Source: Myxococcota bacterium
GTDB taxonomy: Bacteria; Myxococcota_A; UBA9042; PHBI01; JAWLBL01
Length of the DNA stretch: 64,000 nucleotides
Direction of reading: 5' to 3'
Assembly (NCBI GenBank): GCA_041687695.1
Contig: JAWLBL010000002.1
Coordinates: forward strand, 134,761-198,760
The position numbers were made by a program, and so were the translations under genes. The notes below the pieces were generated by a model. That model was given only the letters and a program-made list of their open reading frames with translations, made no database searches and was not told where the DNA came from. Shown here in pieces: positions 30,752 to 41,130 of this stretch (position 1 is its first letter; each line of letters starts with the position of its first letter).

Positions 30752-31468
30752 TCAGCGGAGGAGGAAGACGACCCCCATCACCATCAGGACGGAGAGGACC
30801 CCCTGGCGGAAGCGGATGGCGTCGACGCGGGTGTACAGGCGCGTCCCCAGCCAGACGCCGCCGAGCAGGGCCGGCATGAGGGCGCCGTTGACGAACAGGG
30901 CCTCGGGGCTGAGCATGCCCGAGGCCAGAAAACCGATGGTCTGCGGGACGGTCATGCACAGGAAGAAGGTGACCGTGGTCGCCTTGATGGCGTCCTTGTC
31001 CCAGCCGGTGAGCGAGGTGTAGATGATGACCGGCGGGCCGCCGGTGTTGAGACCCGCTTGAAGGAGGCCGCCGACGGCGCCGAAGGGGACGGCCCACCGG
31101 CCGGGCAGGCGGGCGCGGGCGAGGCGGCCGCCGGCCAGGGCGAGCAGGCAGTAGGCCACGATGATGACGCCCAGGGCGACCTGGAGGATGGCCGTGTCGA
31201 TCGTGCGCAGGGCGAAGACGCCGAAGGGGGCGCCGATCAGGCCGCCTAGGACGAGGGGGAGGACCTTGCGGCGGTCGAGGTGCGCGCGCAGCTGGGTCAC
31301 GAGGTAGACGTTCAGGACCAGCGTGAAGACCGCCACGATGGGGACGGCCTGCTGGATGGTCATGAACAGGGGCAGGACGCTCATCGAGAGCATGCCGAAG
31401 CCGAACCCCACGATGCCCTGCAACGTGGCGGCGGCGAAGACGACCGAACCGATGAGGAGCCAGCTCAT
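30752..31468 (-). CDS. TauE/SafE (TSUP) family transporter
   Basis: QGIVGFGFGM, GGLIGAPFG, GLNTGGPP; about eight TM helices. Confidence 0.9.
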   Translation of the reverse strand: MSWLLIGSVVFAAATLQGIVGFGFGMLSMSVLPLFMTIQQAVPIVAVFTLVLNVYLVTQLRAHLDRRKVLPLVLGGLIGAPFGVFALRTIDTAILQVALGVIIVAYCLLALAGGRLARARLPGRWAVPFGAVGGLLQAGLNTGGPPVIIYTSLTGWDKDAIKATTVTFFLCMTVPQTIGFLASGMLSPEALFVNGALMPALLGGVWLGTRLYTRVDAIRFRQGVLSVLMVMGVVFLLR

Positions 31469-31527
31469 GCGGCGCGGAGGATAGCGGGCGCGGCTGCGCT
31501 TGGATACCGCGGCGACGGCTCGGCGCG

Positions 31528-32586
31528 TCAGAGGTGGCGGACGATGGCGCCGGCCATGGCGTCGATCGGGGCCTCGACCGTCGCCACGCCCTCCTCGCGG
31601 ACGCGCCGCGGCATGCCGTAGACGATGCAGCTGGATTCGGCCTCGGCCAGGACCAGGCCGCCGGCGTCGCGGAGGGCGCGCGCGCCCTGCAGGCCGTCGT
31701 CGCCCATGCCGGTGAGCACGACGCCGAGAGCGCGTCCGCCGGTGGCGCGTGCCGCCGAGGCGAACAGGGCGTCGACCGAGGGGTGATAGAGGCTGTCGAT
31801 GGGCTCGTGGCCGACCTGGGCGACGAGGGTCCCGTCGCGGCGGGCGATGGTGAGGTGCTGCCCGCCTGGGGCGATGTAGACGTGGCCGGGCTGCAATGGG
31901 TCGCCGTCGTCGGCCTCGCGGACGGTGACGGCGCAGGACTGGTCGAGGCGGCTCGCCATCGCGGCGGTGTAACCCGAGGGGATGTGAAGGGCGACGGCGA
32001 CCGGGGCGGGCAGGTCGCCGGGCAACGCGCACAGGAGCCGTGTCAGGGCCTGCGGGCCGCCGGTGGAGGCGCCGATGACGACGAGCTCGGTGGCGGTGGC
32101 GGCGGTCGAGGGCGGCGGGGCTGGGAGCGGCTCGGGGAGGGTCTGGAGGGGCGGGGGCACGCGCGCGCCGGCGGCCGCGAGCACCTTGGCGACCAGATCG
32201 CCCGACAGCTCGTAGAGGCGCTCGGTGGCGAGCGCGGTGGGCTTGTGCACGAGATCGATGGCGCCGCGGGAGAGGGCGGCCAGGCCCAGCTCGCTCTCGG
32301 AGTCGGAGGTGCTGACGATGACGACGCGGGGGGCGACGGCGGGGTCGGCGCCGGCGAGGACGTCGAGGACCCCCAGCCCGTCGAGGTTGGGCATGACGAG
32401 GTCGAGCGTGACGACGTCGGGGCGGAGCCGCGCGATCTTCTCGACGGCCTCGAGCCCGTCGCGCGCGGTGTCGACGACCTGCAGGCGGGGGTCGGCGGAC
32501 AGCGCGGCGCGGAAGACCTTTCGGGCGAAGGCCGAGTCGTCGACGACGAGGACGCGGACCGGCGCCGGGTGGGAGACGTCCACCAT
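31528..32586 (-). CDS. cheB: Chemotaxis methylesterase CheB (REC + esterase)
   Basis: VLVVDDS, TLDLVMP, GASTGGP, PSVDALF, LTGMGDDG. Confidence 0.96.
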   Translation of the reverse strand: MVDVSHPAPVRVLVVDDSAFARKVFRAALSADPRLQVVDTARDGLEAVEKIARLRPDVVTLDLVMPNLDGLGVLDVLAGADPAVAPRVVIVSTSDSESELGLAALSRGAIDLVHKPTALATERLYELSGDLVAKVLAAAGARVPPPLQTLPEPLPAPPPSTAATATELVVIGASTGGPQALTRLLCALPGDLPAPVAVALHIPSGYTAAMASRLDQSCAVTVREADDGDPLQPGHVYIAPGGQHLTIARRDGTLVAQVGHEPIDSLYHPSVDALFASAARATGGRALGVVLTGMGDDGLQGARALRDAGGLVLAEAESSCIVYGMPRRVREEGVATVEAPIDAMAGAIVRHL

Positions 32587-32587
32587 G

Positions 32588-33418
32588 TCAGCCTTGCCGC
32601 CGGTACAGGAAGCAGCGGTCGAGCTCCTCGCACTCGAGGCGGGTGCCGAAGCGCAGGAGCGACTCGGAGACGCCGACGAGCAACGCGCCGCCGGGGGCCA
32701 GGGCGCCCGCGAGGTGCTCGACGGTCTCGCGGACGACGTCGTCGCGGAAGTAGATGAGGACGTTGCGGCACAGGATGAGGTCGAAGGCGCCCTCGCGCGC
32801 GACCGCGTCGATGGCGGCGGGGTCGACGAGGTTGACGCGGCGCCAGTCGATGGCGGCGACCAGCTCGGGGGCGACCGTCCAGCCGGTGGGGCTGGGGGTG
32901 AGCCACGGGCGGGCTTCGGGGGGCAGCGGCTCGGTGCGGACCGCGCGGCGGCCGAAGCGGCCAGCGCGGGCGCGCTCGAGCGAGCGGCGGTTGAGATCGC
33001 TGGCGACGAGGTCGACCTTGTCGAGCAGCCCGCGGGCGGCGAGGAGCATGGCGAAGGTCAGGGGCTCCTCGCCGGTGCCGCAGGCCGCGGACCAGACGCG
33101 GGGGTGGCGGCCGTCGCGGACCGCCGGGGCGACGAGGCGGTCGATGGTGACGTGGAGCGGCGCGGCCTCGCGGAAGAAGTAGGTCTCGCCGACCAGCAGC
33201 GACTCGACGAGGGCGTCGGTGGCCTGGCCGGTCGGGTCGTCGTAGCGGAGGTGGTAGTAGTAGTCGAGCAGGGAGGGGAAGCCGGCGTCGGCCGCGACCG
33301 GGGCGACCTTGTGCGCGAAGAGGTCGAGGTCGGTGAGGTCGTAGTGGAGGCCGGAGCGCTCCTCGACCAGCGCGCTGAGGATGGCGAAGACCTGCGGCGA
33401 CAGCTCGGGCTCGGCCAT
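32588..33418 (-). CDS. cheR: Chemotaxis methyltransferase CheR
   Basis: ETYFFRE, VWSAACGTGEEP, DLILCRNVLIYF. Confidence 0.95.
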   Translation of the reverse strand: MAEPELSPQVFAILSALVEERSGLHYDLTDLDLFAHKVAPVAADAGFPSLLDYYYHLRYDDPTGQATDALVESLLVGETYFFREAAPLHVTIDRLVAPAVRDGRHPRVWSAACGTGEEPLTFAMLLAARGLLDKVDLVASDLNRRSLERARAGRFGRRAVRTEPLPPEARPWLTPSPTGWTVAPELVAAIDWRRVNLVDPAAIDAVAREGAFDLILCRNVLIYFRDDVVRETVEHLAGALAPGGALLVGVSESLLRFGTRLECEELDRCFLYRRQG

Positions 33419-33421
33419 CGG

Positions 33422-35761
33422 TCACCCGGCCAGCAGGAGGGCGCAGACGCGGCGGACCTCGGGGTCGGGGTCGCCGGCGGCGGCGCGCTGCAGGGCGGCG
33501 TGGGCCTCGCGCAGGCCGAGGGCGGCGAGCGTGGTGGCGGCGGCCTTGCGGGCCGCAGGGGCGGGGAGCGTGAGGGCCTGGAAGAGGGCGGCCGTCGCCT
33601 CGGGACCGCGCATCCGGGCCAGGGCCGAGGTGAGCAGCGGGGCGAGCTCGTCGTCGGCGGTGGCGAGGGCGTCGAGGATGGCCGTCAGGCGGCCGGTGCT
33701 GGGGCGGGCGAGGGCGGCGGTGGCCAGCGGGCGCCAGGCGTCCTGTCGGGCGAGCTCCACGAGCGCGCGAGAGGCGGCCACGTCGTCGCGCGCCGCGATG
33801 AGCTGCGCGGCGGCGACCCGCACTGAGTGGTCACGGTCCCGCGTGGCCTGCAGGAGGGCGGCGAGGACCTGCGGGCCCTCGAAGGCCGCGACGGAGCTGA
33901 CGGCGACCAGGCGGGTGGCCATGTCGGTCGAGGCCGCCGCCTCGAGCAGGATGGGCAGGGCCTCGGGGTGGCGGAGCAGGCCCAGGCCGATGAGGGCCGC
34001 GCGGCGGACGTCCTCGTCGGGGGCGCGCGTGGCTCGGATGAGGGTCGCGCGGGCGAGGTCGTTGTCCAGGAAGGCGAGGGCCTCGACGGCCGCGCCGCGG
34101 ACCTGGCCGGCCGGGTCGTCGATGAGGGCGGCGAGCTTGCGGGTGGCCCCGTCGTAGCGGATGCGGCCCAGGGACTGCGCGGCGTAGTAGCGGACCCAGG
34201 GGTCGGGATCGTCGGTGCCGGTCAGGAGGTAGGCGGCGACGCGCAGATCGCCGGAGGTCTGGCCCAGGGCGCGCATGGCGGTGGCGCGCGTCTTCGCGTC
34301 GGGGTCGCGGGCGGTGGCGAGCAGGGCCTCGAGGGCCCGGGGATCCTCGAGGAGGGCGAGGCCCTGCAGGGCGGTCTCGCGCAGGCGCGGGTCGGGGTCG
34401 TGGGCGTGCTGCAGGAAGACGTCGAGCGCCGCCGGGTAGCCGAAGTAGGCGAGGATGCGCAGGGCGGCGCGGCGCACCTGGACCGACTCGGACCGGGCGG
34501 CCTCGAGGGCGAGGGCCTCGGTGCGCGTGGTGCCGAGCGCCTGGATGGCGGCCATGGCGGCCTGGACGACGCGCGGGTGGGGGTCGGCGAGGCGGGGGAA
34601 GAGGGCGTCCACCGCGGTCGCCTGGCCGAGGCGCCCGAGGGCGTCGCAGGCGGCGGCGCGGACGGCCGCGTCGGGGTCGTCGAGGCACGCGAGCACGGCC
34701 TGGAGGCCGCTGGCGCGGGTGACGAGCGGGAGCAGGAGCGCGCGCTTGGCGCTGCCGCCCTCGGCCAGCGTGCGGTAGAGCTCGAGATCGGCGGCGCGGC
34801 CGAGGTGGCGGAGGGCGGCGGCGGCCTCGGCCGCGACCGAGGGCGGGCCGTCGAGCAGGCGGGTGAGGGCCGACAGGGCCGGGGGGCCGCCGGTGAACCC
34901 GAGCAGGCGCGCGATGGCCTGCTGCTCGGCGGGGTTGGCCTCGCCCACCGCGCGGCCGAGGCGCCCGGCGCCGGCCGGGGGCAGGGAGCGCTGGATGGCC
35001 TCGTCGATGGAGGCGGCCGCTCCATAGCGCTCTGAGTGCACCTGGATCAGCTCGGCCAGGGCCAGCGCGGCCACCCGGACGAAGGCGTCCGAGTGCCGCC
35101 CGAGGAGCCGCGCGAGCGGCGCGACCGCCTGCCGTTCGCCGGTGCGCCCCAGGGCGCGGGCGGCCTCGAGCGCGTACTGGGGATCGGCCAGGAGCTCCGC
35201 CAGCGGCTCGACGGCCCGCGGATCGCCCGAGCGGCCGAGCACGTCGATGGCCGGGAAGACCCGGAAGAAGTTGCCGCTGCGCACCGCGGCGACCAGCGAC
35301 TCGACGGCGGCCCGGCCCCCCACGCGCCCGAGCGCCTCGATCGCGGCGACCGCCACGTTGTCGTCGGCGTGGTCGAGCAGGCGGACCAGGGTCGCCACGG
35401 AGCGCGGGTGCCGCCGGCGCCCCAGGATCTGCGCGGCGTCGGCGACGACCGCCGGGTCGCGGTGCTCGGCCATCTGCTCGGCGGCCGCCTCGGCCTGCCC
35501 GGTCGAGGCGACCAGCGCGTCGACCGCCGCCGCGACCCGCGCCTCGTCGTCCCGTCGCGTCTCGAGCACCTCGCGCAGGGCCGGCGCGGCCGCGTCGCCC
35601 AGCGCCCCCAACGCCGACGTCACGGCGCGGCGCACGGTCCAGCTGGGATCGTCCAGCATGCCCACCAGGCCCTCGACGCCATCGGCGCCCAGCAGCATCA
35701 GGGCGTCGACGCGCTCGACCCGCTCGCGCTCGGCCTCGCTCAGCACGTGAATCGAGCTCAC
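33422..35761 (-). CDS. HEAT/PBS-lyase repeat protein (Cpc7-like)
   Basis: Many DPDP.VR.AA..ALG repeats; sits between mcp and cheR. Confidence 0.92.
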   Translation of the reverse strand: MSSIHVLSEAERERVERVDALMLLGADGVEGLVGMLDDPSWTVRRAVTSALGALGDAAAPALREVLETRRDDEARVAAAVDALVASTGQAEAAAEQMAEHRDPAVVADAAQILGRRRHPRSVATLVRLLDHADDNVAVAAIEALGRVGGRAAVESLVAAVRSGNFFRVFPAIDVLGRSGDPRAVEPLAELLADPQYALEAARALGRTGERQAVAPLARLLGRHSDAFVRVAALALAELIQVHSERYGAAASIDEAIQRSLPPAGAGRLGRAVGEANPAEQQAIARLLGFTGGPPALSALTRLLDGPPSVAAEAAAALRHLGRAADLELYRTLAEGGSAKRALLLPLVTRASGLQAVLACLDDPDAAVRAAACDALGRLGQATAVDALFPRLADPHPRVVQAAMAAIQALGTTRTEALALEAARSESVQVRRAALRILAYFGYPAALDVFLQHAHDPDPRLRETALQGLALLEDPRALEALLATARDPDAKTRATAMRALGQTSGDLRVAAYLLTGTDDPDPWVRYYAAQSLGRIRYDGATRKLAALIDDPAGQVRGAAVEALAFLDNDLARATLIRATRAPDEDVRRAALIGLGLLRHPEALPILLEAAASTDMATRLVAVSSVAAFEGPQVLAALLQATRDRDHSVRVAAAQLIAARDDVAASRALVELARQDAWRPLATAALARPSTGRLTAILDALATADDELAPLLTSALARMRGPEATAALFQALTLPAPAARKAAATTLAALGLREAHAALQRAAAGDPDPEVRRVCALLLAG

Positions 35762-38067
35762 GTGGCCTCCTGTCGAGCGCCCTCACGCCCCTCGTCCGCC
35801 GGCGCGCCCGCCCCCCGCGGCGCCGCCAGCACGGCCGCCGCCTCGGCGATGGCCCGCCCCTGCTCGCCCATGGTCTGCCCCAGGCCCTGCACCCGCCCGT
35901 TGTGCCGCGCGACCGCCTTGGTCAGCGCCCCCAGCGCGTCAGCCTGCTCGCCCACGGCGCGCGTCGTCTGCCGCGCCACGCGCCGCACCTCGTCGCCCTG
36001 CCGCGCCAGGTCCTCGGCCGCGCGCGCCTGCTCGGTGGTCGCCCCCCGCACCGACACCGCCAGCCGCGCCACCTCGCGCGCCGTCGCCTCGAGCTGCCGC
36101 GCCGCCTCGGCCTGCTCCGCCACCGCCCGCGCCGTGTGCCCCGCCTGCTTGCGCGTCATCTCCATCGCCTTGGCCACCTCGGACGCCCCTCGCGACTGCT
36201 CGCCCAGGCTGCCGATGGTCCGCCGCATCGCGGTCACCGTCTCACGCGCCCCCTGCAAGACGCCCCCCAGCTGCCGCGACTGCTCCTGCATGGCCACGCT
36301 CGTCTGCCGCGTCAGGTGCCGCATCTGCTGCGCCGTCCGCGCCAGCTGCGTCGCCCCGGCCGACTGCTCCTCCGTCGCCCGCGCCACCCGCTCCGCGCTG
36401 CCGCTGACCTGCTCGGTCAGCCGCATGATCTCGCGCACCGCCTTGGCCTGCTCCTGCGTCGCCTCGCGCGTCTGCCGCGCCATCTGCGCCATCTCGGCGC
36501 TCGACCGCCCCAGGTTCTGCGTCGCCCCGGTCTGCTCGGCCGCCGCCTGCGCCACGCGCCGCCCCTCGTCGCCCAGCCGCGCGCTGACCTGCGCCATCTG
36601 CTGCGTCACGGGCACCTGCTCGGCGCTCGCGCGATCGACGTCACGCACCGCCGCCCCCAGCTCCTCGACCCCCGCCACGATCTGCCCCAGCGCCTGCTCG
36701 GCCTCGCTCGCCAGCTGTGTCCCCTCGTCGGCCACCCGCACCCCCTCCGCCGACGCGCTCACCGCCTCGCGCGCCGTCGACTGCAGCCCGCGCACGATCT
36801 TCGCGATGTCCGCGCTCGCCGCCGCCGCCCGGTCCGCCAGCGCCCGGATCTCCTCGGCGACCACCGCGAAGCCGCGCCCGTGCTCGCCCGCCCGCGCCGC
36901 CTCGATGCTGGCGTTGAGCGACAGCAGATTCGTCCGATCCGCGATGAGGTTGATCGTCTGGACGATGTCCCCGATGTCCTCGGCCCGCTGCCCCATCGTC
37001 TTGATGACGCCGGCCGACTCGGTCATCGCGCTCCGGATGCGCCCCAGCCCCGCGATCGACCGCCGCACCTTCTCCCCGCCCTCGCGCGCGGTGCCCGTCA
37101 CCCGCTCGGCCGTCTGCCGCGCGTTGCCTACGATGCCCGCGATCTGCCGCGCGCCCGCCTCGAGCTGCGTCGCCGCGCCCGCGTTGTCCGCCGCGAGCTG
37201 CCCGATGTGCTCCGCGCTCTGCGACAGGCTCTGCGACGACCGGACCAGCTGCGCGATCGCGCTGGCGGTGCCCTCGACCACCACGGCGTTCTTGTCGGCC
37301 GTCGCCGCGACCTCTTCGACCGACGTCGCCACCTGCCGGCTGGCCCCCGCCGACGCCGACGCCGACGCGACCAGCTGCCGCGCGTGGTCGGCCACCTCGC
37401 GCACCGAGCGGGCCATCTCCTCGGCCGTCGCCGACGTCTCCTCGACCCCGGAGGCCATCTCCTCCGCCCCGCTCGCCACGGCTTCGAGCGCCGCCACGGT
37501 CGTCTCGATGGTCCCCGCCATCGCGTCGGCGCGCTCGCCGCTCTCCTTCGCGTCCGCCGCCAGCCGCCCGATGCCCCGCGCCATCTCCTCGATGGTCGCC
37601 GCGATCTCCTCGACCGCGCTGGCGTGCTCGTCCCCCCGCGCCGCCGCGTCCCCGCTGGTCGCGCTGGTCTCGGTCGCGATCGCCAGCAGCTCCTCGCCCG
37701 CGGCCGCCAGCGCCTCGGCGTCCCGGTCGACGCCCTTGATCGATCGCGCGACCTCCTCGAGCGTCACCGCCGTCTGCTCGGCCGAGGCGCTCAGCCGCTC
37801 GGTGTCGCGACGGACGCCCCCCACCGACGTCGCCAGCTCCTCGAGGCCGCTCGCCGCGTCGGCCAGCCCCTCGCGCACCTCGGCCGTCGTCTCCTCGACC
37901 CGCCCCTGCAGGCGCGCCGCCCGCGCGACCGCCCCGGCGGCCCGCTCGAGGCCCGGCCCGCCACGCCCCGCGCCCGCGGACTCGCCGTCGCCGGTCGCCG
38001 CCTCGGTCCCCGTCCGCGCCTCGCCGCGGCCCGGCCGCTCGTCACGCTCGTTCAGCCTGGTCCCCAT
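35758..38067 (-). CDS. Cytoplasmic methyl-accepting chemotaxis protein (Mcp7-like)
   Basis: [34 protein letters not shown] hairpin; no TM segment; start 38067 or 38082. Confidence 0.93.
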   Translation of the reverse strand: MGTRLNERDERPGRGEARTGTEAATGDGESAGAGRGGPGLERAAGAVARAARLQGRVEETTAEVREGLADAASGLEELATSVGGVRRDTERLSASAEQTAVTLEEVARSIKGVDRDAEALAAAGEELLAIATETSATSGDAAARGDEHASAVEEIAATIEEMARGIGRLAADAKESGERADAMAGTIETTVAALEAVASGAEEMASGVEETSATAEEMARSVREVADHARQLVASASASAGASRQVATSVEEVAATADKNAVVVEGTASAIAQLVRSSQSLSQSAEHIGQLAADNAGAATQLEAGARQIAGIVGNARQTAERVTGTAREGGEKVRRSIAGLGRIRSAMTESAGVIKTMGQRAEDIGDIVQTINLIADRTNLLSLNASIEAARAGEHGRGFAVVAEEIRALADRAAAASADIAKIVRGLQSTAREAVSASAEGVRVADEGTQLASEAEQALGQIVAGVEELGAAVRDVDRASAEQVPVTQQMAQVSARLGDEGRRVAQAAAEQTGATQNLGRSSAEMAQMARQTREATQEQAKAVREIMRLTEQVSGSAERVARATEEQSAGATQLARTAQQMRHLTRQTSVAMQEQSRQLGGVLQGARETVTAMRRTIGSLGEQSRGASEVAKAMEMTRKQAGHTARAVAEQAEAARQLEATAREVARLAVSVRGATTEQARAAEDLARQGDEVRRVARQTTRAVGEQADALGALTKAVARHNGRVQGLGQTMGEQGRAIAEAAAVLAAPRGAGAPADEGREGARQEAT

Positions 38068-38494
38068 CGAGTCGCTCCTCACCGATGACCTTGCGTACGT
38101 CCAGCAACATGAGCAGGCGCCCGTCCACCTGGGCGACGGCGCGCACCCACCCCTCGGCCTGGCGCGCCACCAGCTCGGGCGGCGCCTCGAAGGCCTCCGA
38201 CGGCACCCGCACCACCTCTCGCGCGCGGTCCGCCAGCAGCCCCAGGCTGCGTTCGCCCTCTCGGACCACGATGACGCGCGATCCCAGGGTCGGCGCCTGC
38301 GGCTCGAGGCCGAAGCGCGCCCGCAGGTCGATGACCGGCAGCACCGCCCCTCGGATCTGCACGAGCCCCGCGACCCACGGCGGCGTCTCGGGCACGCGGG
38401 TCGCGCCCTCGAAGGGCGCCATCTGCACGATGTCGAGCGCCGGCAGCACGTACTCGGCCTCGCCCACGCCGAAGGCCACGTGGAGATCGCTCAT
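38042..38494 (-). CDS. cheW: Chemotaxis coupling protein CheW
   Basis: [35 protein letters not shown] overlap with cheA stop. Confidence 0.93.
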   Translation of the reverse strand: MSDLHVAFGVGEAEYVLPALDIVQMAPFEGATRVPETPPWVAGLVQIRGAVLPVIDLRARFGLEPQAPTLGSRVIVVREGERSLGLLADRAREVVRVPSEAFEAPPELVARQAEGWVRAVAQVDGRLLMLLDVRKVIGEERLDGDQAERA

Positions 38495-40521
38495 GCGGCC
38501 ACCTCTCGGACGCCGCGCGGCGCGCTCCCCGGCGTCAGCGCGCCCGCCAGGCCGGGCAGATCCAGCACCAGCGTGGGCCGCCCGTCGCCCAGGTCCGTGG
38601 CGCCCGACACGCCGGTGACCCGCACCAGCGGGTCCTCGAGCGGCCGCACGACCACCTCCTGCTGGCCCCGCATCCGATCGACCTCGAAGGCGAAGCGCGC
38701 CTCGCCGCGCCGGACCACCAGCGCCTTGGTCGGCCCCTCGCCGCGCGATAGCCCGAAGATCGCCGCCAGCGACAGCAGGGGCACCGCCTTGCCGCGGCGA
38801 GCCATCAGCCGCGCGTCCGCCCGCCCACGCGCCCGCGCCGGCGCGGCGACCAGGGCGGCCTCGTCGACCGCGACGATCTCCTCGACGGCCGCGATGGGCA
38901 CGACGAAGGCCTGCCCGCCGGCCTCGAAGGCGAACGCGTCGACGATGGTGATGGACAGCGGGACGAGCAGCGAGAAGGTGGTCCCGCGGCCGAGGCGCGT
39001 GTCGAGGCGCAGCTCGCCGCCCAGCTCGTCGACCACGACGCGGCGTACGATGTCCATGCCCATGCCGCGCCCGCTGGTCTCGGTGGCGCGCGTCGCCGTG
39101 CTGAGCCCCGGCCGGCACAGCCGCTCGAGCAGCTCCTCGGCGCCGTCCGCCCCCGGCAGTCCGTCCCGGGCGGCGACGGCGTTCGGGTCGATGCCGCGCC
39201 CGTCGTCCGTCACCTGCAGCTCGAGGCGCTGACCGGCCCGCTCGCGACAGACCACGCGCACCAGCCCCTCCTCGGCCTTGCCGGCGTCGGCCCGCTCGGC
39301 GGGCGCCTCGAGCCCGTGGTCGACGGCGTTGCGGACCAGGTGCACCAGCGCCGGGAAGACCCGCTCGGCCACGCCCTTGTCGAGCTCGGCGCGGCCGGCC
39401 TCGACCTCGAGCCGGACGCGTTTGCCGGTGGTGCGCGCGAGCCCTCGCACGATGAGCGGGACCCGCTCGAGCAGCCCGGCGACGCTGACCAGCCGCGCGC
39501 GCATGATGGCCCCACGCAGATCGCGCAGCTGCCGCCGGTGATCGGCCAGGATGCCGTCCAGCTCGCGCGCGTCGACGCCGGCCTCGCGCAGCGCCTCGAC
39601 CGCGCGCTCGAGGCGAAAGCGCGTCACGACCAGGTCCGCCAGCCGGTCCAGCGCCTCGTCGAGCCGCGCCACGTCGACCCGCACCCACCCGGCGCGGCTG
39701 GCGCCGACCGCCTGCGAGATCGCCTCGTCGTCGTCCTCGGCCAGCGCTGGCGCCGGACTCCGTCGCGCCAGCGTGACCACCTCGGCCGGCTCGACCCCGA
39801 CCGCCCGCGCGAGGTCGGCGTCGTCGGCCGCGGTCAGGCCCACGATCGCGAAGGCCAGCCCGCCCGGGCTCGACGGCCCCGCCGGCCGCGACAGCGGTAC
39901 GACCTTGACGATCTCCAGCTGCTCGGCCAGCCGCTCGCGCACGGTGGTGATGGTCTCGCCCGCGGCCGCGCGCGCCGGGGTCGGCACGAAGTCGACCCGG
40001 ACCGCGCGCCGCCCCGCGGCCACCCCCTGGGCCAGGACCTCTCGGTCGCCCGGCGCGACGCGGGCGGCCAGCTCCTCGGGGATGTGCAGGTCCTCGGTCG
40101 GCCCCGCCGCGGAGGCCTCGCCCGGCCCACCGAGCGCCTCGAGCCGCTCGAGCAGCCCCGGCGGCGGCGCGGGCACCGCTCGCCCGGCGGCCAGGGCCTC
40201 GACGCGCTGCCCGATCGCCGCCGCGCCGGCCAGCAGCGCCTCGACGTCGCCCGCGATGGGGCGGCGGTCGCGGTCGGCCTCGCGCAGCACCGCCTCCATG
40301 ACGTGCGCGATGGCGACGATGGGCGCGACGTCGACCATCGCGGCCAGCCCCTTGAGCGTGTGGACGGCCCGGAACACGTCGCGGACGGCCCCCGCGCTCG
40401 GGGCGCCACGCTCGGCAGCCCGCTCGATGGCCAGCAGCCGGCCTTCGACCGTCTGCAGGTGCTCCTGGGCCTCGGCGACGAAGCCGGCGAGGAACTCGCG
40501 CTTGAGGTCGTCCGTCGCCAT
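38491..40521 (-). CDS. cheA: Chemotaxis histidine kinase CheA
   Basis: Hpt FRAVHTLKG, HLVRNAVDHG, DDGRG, SGRGMGMD, C-terminal CheW domain. Confidence 0.95.
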   Translation of the reverse strand: MATDDLKREFLAGFVAEAQEHLQTVEGRLLAIERAAERGAPSAGAVRDVFRAVHTLKGLAAMVDVAPIVAIAHVMEAVLREADRDRRPIAGDVEALLAGAAAIGQRVEALAAGRAVPAPPPGLLERLEALGGPGEASAAGPTEDLHIPEELAARVAPGDREVLAQGVAAGRRAVRVDFVPTPARAAAGETITTVRERLAEQLEIVKVVPLSRPAGPSSPGGLAFAIVGLTAADDADLARAVGVEPAEVVTLARRSPAPALAEDDDEAISQAVGASRAGWVRVDVARLDEALDRLADLVVTRFRLERAVEALREAGVDARELDGILADHRRQLRDLRGAIMRARLVSVAGLLERVPLIVRGLARTTGKRVRLEVEAGRAELDKGVAERVFPALVHLVRNAVDHGLEAPAERADAGKAEEGLVRVVCRERAGQRLELQVTDDGRGIDPNAVAARDGLPGADGAEELLERLCRPGLSTATRATETSGRGMGMDIVRRVVVDELGGELRLDTRLGRGTTFSLLVPLSITIVDAFAFEAGGQAFVVPIAAVEEIVAVDEAALVAAPARARGRADARLMARRGKAVPLLSLAAIFGLSRGEGPTKALVVRRGEARFAFEVDRMRGQQEVVVRPLEDPLVRVTGVSGATDLGDGRPTLVLDLPGLAGALTPGSAPRGVREVAA

Positions 40522-40904
40522 CAGCCGCCGTGTCCGGCGCCCGCGAGCAGCTCCCTCACCACGGACAGGATCTCGGGGGGCGAGAACGGCTTGGTCATGA
40601 AGCGGCTCGCGCCGGCCTCGAGCGACCGCTCGCGCGAGACCTCGTCGCCGCGGGTCGTCACGACCAGGATGGGCAGCGCCTTGAGCGTGTCCTGCGCGCG
40701 GACGAACTCGAGCACCTCGAGTCCGCCGATGTCGGGCATGTTCAGGTCGAGCACCATGAGATCGAACGGCTCGAGCGAGAGCCGCTCGATGGCCTCGAGC
40801 CCGCTCGCGGCGTGCTCGAACGTGAGCCCTTCCTGGGCCCGCAGGCACGCCACGATCATCTCGCGCATGAGTTTGCTGTCGTCGACGACGAGGACCTTCG
40901 ACAC
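40521..40904 (-). CDS. cheY: Single-domain response regulator CheY
   Basis: VLVVDDS, VLDLNMP, VTT, KPF; GTG 40904 after AAAGG. Confidence 0.92.
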   Translation of the reverse strand: MSKVLVVDDSKLMREMIVACLRAQEGLTFEHAASGLEAIERLSLEPFDLMVLDLNMPDIGGLEVLEFVRAQDTLKALPILVVTTRGDEVSRERSLEAGASRFMTKPFSPPEILSVVRELLAGAGHGG

Positions 40905-40929
40905 GGGGACCGCCTTTCGGAGCGTCACG

Positions 40930-40959
40930 ACGGTAGGGAGGGCCGCCAGAGGGTGTCAA
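40930..40959 (-). promoter_or_regulatory. Sigma70-type promoter of the che operon
   Basis: Minus strand TTGACA (40959-40954), 18 bp spacer, TACCGT (40935-40930). Confidence 0.7.
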
Positions 40960-41130
40960 TCGTCCGGGCCTCGAGACGGTCCGACTGTGAGACACATCGC
41001 GAATTCGCTCGGGTGACGCGCCCTCCCAAGGGGGCGCGAGCGCACGGCCGGCGCGTCCTCGGACCCGGATCCGCCCGTCCAGGGGCCCCTCGTTGACCAT
41101 CTCCGTGGACGCCCCCTATTGTCGCCCGCC

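Noticed and set aside
35036..39232. 1398-aa ORF on + strand
   Set aside because: Antisense shadow of the che genes; Ser/Arg/Ala-rich with no motifs.
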